Assembly: GCA_016204695.1 (NCBI GenBank)
Contig: JACQKD010000007.1
Coordinates: 1-55,180 of the forward strand
Direction of reading: 5' to 3'
Length of the DNA: 55,180 nucleotides
DNA from: Candidatus Kaiserbacteria bacterium
GTDB taxonomy: Bacteria; Patescibacteriota; Minisyncoccia; Phycocordibacterales; UBA918
The translations under genes and the position numbers were made by a program. Positions 47,961 to 55,180 of this stretch are shown piece after piece (the stretch's first letter is position 1; each line of letters starts with the position of its first letter). The notes under the pieces were generated by a model. That model saw only the letters and a program-made list of their open reading frames with translations, was not told where the DNA came from and made no database searches.

Positions 47961-48838
47961 AATAATTTTGCTTTCGTAAGCGCATTAAGCATTTCCCCGA
48001 CCACATATGCCGGCTCGTCGTACAGCACAGTGTGACCTCCTTTAAGAGTAACGAATTGCGCATCTGAACGCACCTTTTTAATTTTTTCGTACAGCAGACG
48101 AGCTACTCGAATATGAGTTACGCCTCCCCCTTCAGCTATTGTGTGCTCTTCTCCATCTCGTTCTCCCCACAGCATAAGAACCGGGCGCCGCGAGTAGTCG
48201 ACCTCCATGAAAGAGCGCCCGGTTATAAACGACTGAACCGCTTGGCGTACTCTGGCAGATGCAAGCAAATACATGCGCCTCGGATATTTTTCCATCGCAT
48301 CCCAGACAATCTCGTAGTGCTTCCAAAGGGTGCCAACAATCCGCAGGGTTAATCTCCGCGGAAGAATGGGAAGAAGCAGTCCAGCAATTTGCACCAGGAC
48401 AATCTGAACAAAGAATATGCGCAATGTCCGGGGAATCGGGATAGTGGGCATGATCGCGTCAACGAGTACCAGAGCGCGTATGGCATCGGGATACTTCTTG
48501 AGATAGCCATGCGCCGCATGCCCGCCAAACGATTGTGCCATAATTATCGACTTCGCTTCACCCAACCTCTCTTTCTCAAGAATCTGATGGACAACATCTG
48601 CGTATTGCTCGGGAAGGTTCGTATATCGTGCTAATGGATCGGAACGACCAAATCCGGGTTGTTCGAGAGCGATGACGTAGAAGTATTTGGCAAGTTCTGC
48701 CGTAACGTCACGGCACTTCATGCCCCATGGCGCACCATGAAGAAAGACGAGTGGCTGACACGTTGAGTCTCCGGCGATGGTGTAAAAAATAAGTGAATCG
48801 CCAACCAGAATATGATGATCTTCAACTTGCATACGCAA
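47957..48838 (-). CDS. Alpha/beta hydrolase
   Basis: LVFLHG, PGFGRS, AQSFGG nucleophile elbow, WGERD, GGH. Confidence 0.85.
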   Translation of the reverse strand: MRMQVEDHHILVGDSLIFYTIAGDSTCQPLVFLHGAPWGMKCRDVTAELAKYFYVIALEQPGFGRSDPLARYTNLPEQYADVVHQILEKERLGEAKSIIMAQSFGGHAAHGYLKKYPDAIRALVLVDAIMPTIPIPRTLRIFFVQIVLVQIAGLLLPILPRRLTLRIVGTLWKHYEIVWDAMEKYPRRMYLLASARVRQAVQSFITGRSFMEVDYSRRPVLMLWGERDGEEHTIAEGGGVTHIRVARLLYEKIKKVRSDAQFVTLKGGHTVLYDEPAYVVGEMLNALTKAKLL

Positions 48839-49229
48839 CGTTCCTGTAGTGTTTAATAAGTTCTCTCCAGAAAAAGAACCCTATCGCGTACAGCGCGAAG
48901 GCAGTTATGAGACCCGGGGCGTACCCGCCGACCGCGACAGCTTCGTACACATGGTGCAATTCGTAGACAAAAATGATCCCGAGTACGGTCATCACTCTGA
49001 TCTGCCAGCGAGACCCGAGTATGAGTAGGTACGCGACGATAAGTAACAGCCAAATGGTCACCTGAAAGGTGGTAAAGACCGCCTGCATGGTCGGCAATGC
49101 GGTAAGCCATCCGAATACGAACGTCACGTGCGAATTGACGAGCGCAAAGCCCGTGAAGATTTCCTCAAGACCATGCGCAACAAACAAGGGGATGGCGACA
49201 AGAAATAGTTTTTGTAGTTTCGGGGTCAC
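48822..49229 (-). CDS. HXXEE-domain membrane protein
   Basis: HGLEE motif, four TMs, YAPGLITA. Confidence 0.8.
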   Translation of the reverse strand: MTPKLQKLFLVAIPLFVAHGLEEIFTGFALVNSHVTFVFGWLTALPTMQAVFTTFQVTIWLLLIVAYLLILGSRWQIRVMTVLGIIFVYELHHVYEAVAVGGYAPGLITAFALYAIGFFFWRELIKHYRNVAYAS

Positions 49230-51520
49230 AGGCGCTTTGCCTTAATGCGTAACGAGTTGCCGACGACCGAGACGCTTGAAAGCGCCATCGCAAGCCCGGC
49301 AAACACGGGCGACAGCAACCATCCGAAAAGCGGGTAGAACAATCCGCCTGCAAGCGGGATGCCGACGATGTTGTAGATGAATGCCCAAAAAAGGTTCTGC
49401 TTGATGCCGCGCATGGTGAGCTTCGAGAGGTTGACCGCTTTCTCAAGCTTTGAAATGTCGCCGTGGAGAAGCGTGATGCCCGCCGATTCGATGGCGACGT
49501 CCGTGCCGGTAGCCATCGCAATGCCCACATCCGCCTGCGCGAGCGCAGGCGCGTCATTGACCCCGTCTCCGGCCATGGCAACAATCTTCCCCCCCGCCTG
49601 CAGTTCTTGTATCTTCTTCTGCTTATCTTCCGGCGAAACTTCCGCCACCACTTCATCTATGCCAACCTGCGCCGCAATATACTCTGCGGTATTTTTATTG
49701 TCCCCGGTAAGCATGACTACCGTGATGCCCAGCTGATGCAAGCGGTCTATCGCTTCTTTCGCTTCCGGCTTTATCGCGTCGGCGACCATTGCTACGCCAA
49801 GTACCGCTTCTTTCGTCGCAAGAATCACCGGCGTCTTACCTTCCCGCGTTTCGCCTTCAATGGCGGGCGCGTCGAAAGGCAGATTAAGACTTTCTATGAG
49901 CGCGACGCTTCCCGCAAAATACTCCGTACCATTGACAGTGCCTCGCACGCCCTTGCCTCTCTGTGCCTCAAATCCCTCTACCGCCGGAAGCGACAGGCGC
50001 ATATCGCGCGCGCGCGAGACTATCGCATGCGCGATAGGATGTTCCGACTTCTGTTCAAGAGCCGCGAGAATCGCAACGAGTTCGTCATCGCTCCTCTGCG
50101 AGAGGTTGCGGACAGATACAAGTTCCGGCCTGCCCTTGGTGATCGTGCCCGTCTTGTCGACCACGACCGTATTCACCTTGTGCAGTTGTTCAAGCGTTGC
50201 CGCATCCTTGATAAGGATGCCCTCTTTCGCCCCCTTGCCGACGCCGACGATGATGGCCGTCGGCGTGGCAAGTCCGAGCGCGCACGGGCAGGCAATGACG
50301 AGAATGCCGACAAACGATACGAGACCGTACGACAGCGCCTGCGAAAAGCCGAGATATTGCGTACCAAGAATGAGCCATGTTCCGAGCGCGATGAACGAAA
50401 GGACGAGGACGATAGGCACAAAGATTCCGGATATTTTGTCCGCGAGTCCCTGTATGGGCGCGCGGCTCCCTTGGGCATCTTCGACCATCTTGATAATCTG
50501 CGCGAGCAATGTTTCGGAGCCGACCTTCGTCGCTCTGAACATGAACGCGCCGCTCGTGTTCATAGTCCCCGCAACGACAGCGTCGCCAGTCTTCTTCTCC
50601 ACCGGCATCGGCTCACCGGTCACCATCGCTTCGTCAATATATGAAGAGCCCTCCGTGATCACGCCGTCGACGGGAATCTTTCCTCCGGGCTTCACCGCAA
50701 CAATGTCTCCGTGCAGTACTTCGCTTACGGGAAGCTCCACTTCCTTCCCTTCCCGCAGTACGAGCGCGGTCTTTGCCTGCAAGTTGAGCAGGGCTTCTAT
50801 TGCTTCTCCCGTCTTGAGCTTTGAGCGAGCTTCAAGATATTTTCCGAGCGTGATAAATGCAATCACGACGATCGTGATATCGTAATAGGTTTCCTCCACA
50901 TTGAGAAACGGGCGCAGTGTATCTTCAAACGCCGAGATGACAAAGCTGTAGAGGAACGCCGCAACCGTGCCGATGCCGATGAGCGTATCCATATTGGCCT
51001 TGCCGTAGCGAAGGAACCGGTAGAAGCCCAGAAGATAGGGCTTGCCGACCATGAAGAGGGCGTATGCCGCCATAATCGGCAGGAGATGATGGAAAAACTC
51101 CTTCCACAAATGCGGCATCGTCGGCAAAGCGCCAAACTGCGCCAACATCTCCCAACCCATGAGTAGTATGCTGAAAGCCGCAAGCGGCATGACGGACAAC
51201 ACGCTCGCCCGCATGTCCGCAATCTCCGCCAATTTTTCCTGCTTCGACTGCGTGAGACCGAGATGCGCCGCGTGTTCTTCGGCGGACATGCCCATTTCTT
51301 CAGCGGTCGGAACCACAAGCGAGTAGCCAAGCGGCTCTATTTTCATCGAGAGGTGATGAGGGTTCGTTTTTGTCTCGTCGAACGTAATCTTCGCGGCTTC
51401 GGTACCGTAGTTCGCCTCAACCGCATGAACGCCCTCCTCTTTCTTCAGCGTCTTTTCGATAGTCCCCGCGCACGAAGCGCAATGCATTCCGCGTATTTTG
51501 TATGTGGCTGTATGGCTCAT
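49226..51520 (-). CDS. copA: Copper-translocating P1B-type ATPase
   Basis: GMHCASC, TGE, CPC, DKTGT, SEHP, GDGVND, YN and MALSS motifs. Confidence 0.95.
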   Translation of the reverse strand: MSHTATYKIRGMHCASCAGTIEKTLKKEEGVHAVEANYGTEAAKITFDETKTNPHHLSMKIEPLGYSLVVPTAEEMGMSAEEHAAHLGLTQSKQEKLAEIADMRASVLSVMPLAAFSILLMGWEMLAQFGALPTMPHLWKEFFHHLLPIMAAYALFMVGKPYLLGFYRFLRYGKANMDTLIGIGTVAAFLYSFVISAFEDTLRPFLNVEETYYDITIVVIAFITLGKYLEARSKLKTGEAIEALLNLQAKTALVLREGKEVELPVSEVLHGDIVAVKPGGKIPVDGVITEGSSYIDEAMVTGEPMPVEKKTGDAVVAGTMNTSGAFMFRATKVGSETLLAQIIKMVEDAQGSRAPIQGLADKISGIFVPIVLVLSFIALGTWLILGTQYLGFSQALSYGLVSFVGILVIACPCALGLATPTAIIVGVGKGAKEGILIKDAATLEQLHKVNTVVVDKTGTITKGRPELVSVRNLSQRSDDELVAILAALEQKSEHPIAHAIVSRARDMRLSLPAVEGFEAQRGKGVRGTVNGTEYFAGSVALIESLNLPFDAPAIEGETREGKTPVILATKEAVLGVAMVADAIKPEAKEAIDRLHQLGITVVMLTGDNKNTAEYIAAQVGIDEVVAEVSPEDKQKKIQELQAGGKIVAMAGDGVNDAPALAQADVGIAMATGTDVAIESAGITLLHGDISKLEKAVNLSKLTMRGIKQNLFWAFIYNIVGIPLAGGLFYPLFGWLLSPVFAGLAMALSSVSVVGNSLRIKAKRL

Positions 51521-51534
51521 GGTTTCTTTAGGAC

Positions 51535-51801
51535 TTATTTGCGCTTAAGACGATAGACTTTGAGAATCTCTCCCTTTGCTTTCGTCCCCATACCCTTTTT
51601 CACTTGGTCCATGACGCAGGTGCTCAAATGGCTTTCCATAAGCGCATCCTCAACGCCCGAAAGCGCCTGCTTTACAGCAGATGTCTGCGTGATGACGTCG
51701 ATGCAGTAGGTGTCTTTTTCCACCATCTCCGCAAGCCCCCGCACCTGCCCCTCGATACGCCGCAAACGATTCCGCACCTGTGTCTTTATTTCCCGTTTCA
51801 T
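51535..51801 (-). CDS. csoR: CsoR family copper-sensing repressor
   Basis: [12 protein letters not shown]…H-x3-C ligands. Confidence 0.92.
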   Translation of the reverse strand: MKREIKTQVRNRLRRIEGQVRGLAEMVEKDTYCIDVITQTSAVKQALSGVEDALMESHLSTCVMDQVKKGMGTKAKGEILKVYRLKRK

Positions 51802-51807
51802 ACCGAC

Positions 51808-51834
51808 ACACTATACCCATGGGGGGTATAGTGT
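51808..51834 (-). promoter_or_regulatory. CsoR operator overlapping TTGACA-16-TATAGT promoter
   Basis: acactataccc-atggg-gggtatagtgt inverted repeat with C/G tracts, typical of CsoR boxes. Confidence 0.82.
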
Positions 51835-51944
51835 CAACCGAATGACCAAAAAGCTCTAACGTGCACAAAGACAAAAAGACGCTTCCGCGTCTCTTCGTCC
51901 GTTACTGCGCGGCCTCGTGGACGATGTTAGAACTGCTACACGTG

Positions 51945-52448
51945 CTATGTAATCGATTTTCCTACCTCTTCAAGTGCTTTCTTGAATTTTTCCTTAAACC
52001 AGTTATCTAAATATGGAAAGTACTCTTTTTGTAACTCTTTTGGGAGTTTGAAAAAATCGGCATTCATCATGCCTCTACATCTTTGACTTCCACAATGACA
52101 AACAATACCTGAATCGTAATATCCATTAATTGCGTAGTCATATGTAATCTCTTCCCCCTTTTCTATATCTCTTAGGGCAATTACTTCCCTAATCCCATCT
52201 ATTGTCTTTACATAAGTATTTGGATCACACGAGTGATTTATATGTTTTTCAGGAGCTTGCATTAAAATAGTTTTGTCATCTCCCAACCAGTCACATTCGT
52301 ATTTTTTCTGATACTCAGTAAGGGTATTCATATCTTCAACAATATGAGAATCATCAATATTTAATATGATTTCGCCTGCACTGATAGCACCTATCGCAAA
52401 CACGCCTTTCCCTTCTATACCAGAATCTCTTACTTCTACCTTATCCAT
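51945..52448 (-). CDS. SET domain protein (lysine methyltransferase-like)
   Basis: GKGVFA, INHSCDPN, GEEITYDY, post-SET CHCGSQRC; strongly AT-rich. Confidence 0.92.
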   Translation of the reverse strand: MDKVEVRDSGIEGKGVFAIGAISAGEIILNIDDSHIVEDMNTLTEYQKKYECDWLGDDKTILMQAPEKHINHSCDPNTYVKTIDGIREVIALRDIEKGEEITYDYAINGYYDSGIVCHCGSQRCRGMMNADFFKLPKELQKEYFPYLDNWFKEKFKKALEEVGKSIT

Positions 52449-52504
52449 GATATTTGTGAGTAAATCTTAACATGATTCTTTGTCCCGTCAGTATGTATAT
52501 GTAA

Positions 52505-52536
52505 GAAAAAGAGCCCGATTTATCGGGTTCTTTTTC
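52505..52536. terminator. Bidirectional terminator-like hairpin
   Basis: gaaaaagagcccgat-tt-atcgggttctttttc. Confidence 0.65.
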
Positions 52537-52704
52537 GATGCGCGACCTCGTGGCTGTTAGAACCAACATTACATGCAGAGACGCTCTCAATTTTTACATC
52601 CCCCCGACCTGCCGCATAAACAAGAGAAACCCCCGACCGCGCGATATCGCAACGACTATGGTCTCCGTAGCCGTTGGTTGCCTCGGAACATCGACCGGTA
52701 GTAG

Positions 52705-53196
52705 TTATCCGACGTCGATTCGTTCCCCCCGAAGAAGTGCGAACCCTCTTTGCACGTTTTTGAGCGCCTCGTCGCTGACATCAAACAGCGTCATCGCCTC
52801 ATCCTCGGCGGCCCACACGTACCCGCTGTGATCTTCGGGGTGGAGAACAATGTTCTCCACCGGGTCGAGAAATGTCGCAAAATACACGATCTCTACGGTA
52901 TGCGACCCTTTGACATAGTTGATGTCGGCAAACGCGGTAAATGGATCGCCCACGTTGATCCGCATACCCATCTCTTCCTTGATCTCGCGCGCAAGTCCTT
53001 CCTCAAGACCTTCCCCGAAGTCGATATGTCCTCCAGGAAGCTCGTAGAAACCGGGGAGAAACTTCTTCGTCTCCGCCCGCTTGGGCAAAAACACTTTCTC
53101 CACCCCGTCAAACACATGGTGGATGAATGCCGACGCGGTGACGACCTGCTGTCCGTGCGCAGGTGTCTCACTGTCGTGGATAATCTTGTTTGTCAT
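52705..53196 (-). CDS. NUDIX hydrolase
   Basis: ELPGGHIDFGEGLEEGLAREIKEEMG Nudix box. Confidence 0.9.
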   Translation of the reverse strand: MTNKIIHDSETPAHGQQVVTASAFIHHVFDGVEKVFLPKRAETKKFLPGFYELPGGHIDFGEGLEEGLAREIKEEMGMRINVGDPFTAFADINYVKGSHTVEIVYFATFLDPVENIVLHPEDHSGYVWAAEDEAMTLFDVSDEALKNVQRGFALLRGERIDVG

Positions 53197-53200
53197 AACG

Positions 53201-53659
53201 TTATACAAAATCCTTTGGGTCAAACATACTTCGAAATGGCCCCAATTGGTCGTTCAGATCAAGCATTTGCACTTCTTCTTTCGTACAAAAGCGGATCTCG
53301 TCGCATTCCCCAGTCGGTGTAAATACCAGATTTTGCACTTCAAAAGGAAACGCCAGGATCAGCGTATAGTACCAATCCATCTGTCTTCTTGAATAATTTT
53401 TGTTCGTCCATAGATACATCGGTTTAGCCGCCATCTTCGTTACCGTAAGTCCCATCTCTTCTTTCACTTCCCGCGCCAGGGTATCGGCGAATGTCTCTCC
53501 GAAATCCATGCCGCCTCCCGGAAGCTCCCAGAGCGCCACGGGTTCGCCGTTGCGCACGCAGGAGGGGTCGTGCGCAAGCAGGACCCTACCATCTCGGACA
53601 CAAAGTCCTTTTACGGCAACTCGGTAAAAGGAGTCGGGAAAGTGGGATGAGGTTTCCAT
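53201..53659 (-). CDS. NUDIX hydrolase
   Basis: WELPGGGMDFGETFADTLAREVKEEMGL Nudix box. Confidence 0.9.
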   Translation of the reverse strand: METSSHFPDSFYRVAVKGLCVRDGRVLLAHDPSCVRNGEPVALWELPGGGMDFGETFADTLAREVKEEMGLTVTKMAAKPMYLWTNKNYSRRQMDWYYTLILAFPFEVQNLVFTPTGECDEIRFCTKEEVQMLDLNDQLGPFRSMFDPKDFV

Positions 53660-53688
53660 CGCGTGTATTATACTGTATCCATACGCCC

Positions 53689-54987
53689 ATGAGCACCCTC
53701 CTCTATTACCTCAAAAAACTGATTCCGGAATTCGTGCTCCGGGCGGTTTTGCCTGTCTACCACTACCTTCTCTCGTTCGCCGGAGCGGTGCGGTACGGCT
53801 TTCCATCGAGACATATCACCGTTATCGGGGTCACCGGTACCAAGGGCAAATCGTCGGTGGTGGAAATCATCGGAGCGATCTTCGAGGCGGCCGGCAAGCG
53901 CACAGCGCTTGCCGGCACCATCCGTTTCAAAATCGGCGACCAATCCCGCCCCAACCTCTACAAAATGACGATGCCCGGGCGTTTCTTCATGCAGAAATTT
54001 CTCCGCAAGGCGGTGGACGAGCATTGCGACATCGCCGTCATCGAGATGACTTCGCAGGGCGTTATGCAATACCGACATAAATGGATAGACCTCGACGCGC
54101 TTATTTTCACCAACATCTCCCCCGAACACATCGAGTCGCACGGCTCGTTTGAGAATTACCTTTCTGCAAAGCTTGCACTCGCCCGCTTGCTCGAACACTC
54201 GCGCAAACGCCCGCGCCGCGTCATCGCAAACACAGACGACGAGCATGGCAAGGATTTTCTCGCGGCAGACGTCGAGGAAAAAATTCCCTACTCGCTCAAA
54301 GACCTCGACCTCCACACGCTCACCGGAGACGGCGCGAGCATCGTCATTGACGGCATGACCATCCGCACGCCGCTGATGGGCCTCTTCAACGTGTACAACA
54401 TGCTCGCCGCCATCGCCTGCACGCGAGCATTCGGTGTGTCGCTCAAAACGATTGAAAAGGCGCTTGTCGCCTTGCCGCCGATTGCCGGCCGGGTTGAAAA
54501 ATTTGAGAGCCCGAAAGGAGCGCAGAAGCAGGTTACCGCCGTCGTCGACTACGCACATACGACCGACTCCCTCACGCAATTTTATACAGCATTCGAAAAA
54601 GACCGGAAAATCTGCATCCTCGGCAACACCGGCGGCGGCCGCGACATATGGAAGCGCCCGGAGATGGGGCGCATCGCCGCAGAACACTGCGACCACGTCA
54701 TCCTGACGAATGAAGACCCCTACGACGAAGACCCCGCCGCGATCATACAGGCGATGGCCGACGGCATCGAGGACAAGACGCGCCTCTCCATCATCATGGA
54801 CCGGCGCGAGGCCATCCGCACTGCACTCCGCCGCGCTCCCGACCGAAGTTTCGTGTTGATTTCCGGAAAAGGCACCGACCCGTACATCATGGGTCCGCGC
54901 AACACGAAAGAACCATGGAGCGACGCACAAGTAGTACAGGAAGAAATGGCGAAATTGTTTGGTGAGGAAAGTGGGAGCACCCCCTGA
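53689..54987 (+). CDS. murE: UDP-N-acetylmuramyl-tripeptide synthetase
   Basis: GVTGTKGKSS, EMTS, FTNISPEH, FNVYN, VDYAHT, EDPYDE, GKG. Confidence 0.9.
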   Translation: MSTLLYYLKKLIPEFVLRAVLPVYHYLLSFAGAVRYGFPSRHITVIGVTGTKGKSSVVEIIGAIFEAAGKRTALAGTIRFKIGDQSRPNLYKMTMPGRFFMQKFLRKAVDEHCDIAVIEMTSQGVMQYRHKWIDLDALIFTNISPEHIESHGSFENYLSAKLALARLLEHSRKRPRRVIANTDDEHGKDFLAADVEEKIPYSLKDLDLHTLTGDGASIVIDGMTIRTPLMGLFNVYNMLAAIACTRAFGVSLKTIEKALVALPPIAGRVEKFESPKGAQKQVTAVVDYAHTTDSLTQFYTAFEKDRKICILGNTGGGRDIWKRPEMGRIAAEHCDHVILTNEDPYDEDPAAIIQAMADGIEDKTRLSIIMDRREAIRTALRRAPDRSFVLISGKGTDPYIMGPRNTKEPWSDAQVVQEEMAKLFGEESGSTP

Positions 54988-55050
54988 AACAATTTTTGGA
55001 AGCAATCCCCACGGCCACAGCCCTTCTCAAAAATTGTTTCAGGGGGTGCT
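54976..55050. terminator. 23-bp inverted repeat between convergent murE and methyltransferase genes
   Basis: agcaccccctgaaacaatttttg … caaaaattgtttcagggggtgct. Confidence 0.7.
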
Positions 55051-55147
55051 AGTGGTTTAATAACCTGTAGAGCACAATCCCCGCCGCAACCGAGACATTG
55101 AGTGACTCTTTCGTTCCGCGCATGGGAATGGAGACGATGAAGTCGGC
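55049..55147 (-). CDS. TrmH/SpoU family RNA methyltransferase, 3' fragment
   Basis: Minus strand reads ADFIVSIPMRGTKESLNVSVAAGIVLYRLLNH*, which contains SPOUT motif 3. Truncated by the window end. Confidence 0.85.
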   Translation of the reverse strand, partial: ADFIVSIPMRGTKESLNVSVAAGIVLYRLLNH

Positions 55148-55180
55148 GGGGGGGGGGGGGGGGGGGGCGGGGCGCCCCAC

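Noticed and set aside
53668-55005. 445-aa minus-strand ORF
   Set aside because: Antisense shadow of murE.
55147-55180. Poly-G run as a G-quadruplex or regulatory tract
   Set aside because: It interrupts a TrmH-family ORF at the contig end, typical of a two-colour sequencing or assembly artefact.

Overview
This window reads as a chromosome segment of a GC-rich Patescibacteria/CPR (Parcubacteria-like) bacterium. That assignment is inferred from gene content, tRNA-Arg(GCG), frequent leaderless promoters and Fe-S-less repair enzymes. The backbone carries pilMNO, yqgF, three tRNAs, rpsT, a 1137-aa Cys-rich surface protein, ruvA, groES/EL, secG, an OppA-like protein, RNase J, mutY/nth, glycoside hydrolases, a dsbB/thioredoxin pair, typA, a csoR-copA copper operon, two NUDIX genes and murE. 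The standout is a minus-strand island between groEL and ruvA (~12.7-21.1 kb). It holds a partial Trp pathway (trpC, HAD, PfkB kinase, trpB, trpA), a divergent pheA, and five serial promoter + leader-peptide + attenuator cassettes that are all below the ORF-track size cut-off. Their control codons are Trp (WW), Phe/Tyr (YFFAFYYFF), Ile (IIAIII), Leu/Val (LLVLGLVLL) and Phe (FFGFF). Two cassettes sit upstream of matching biosynthetic genes. The other three control only tiny unknown ORFs or structured RNA, and a sixth promoter drives a structured, apparently non-coding RNA. The last ~35 nt are probably a poly-G artefact. No CRISPR array, rRNA or integrase was seen.
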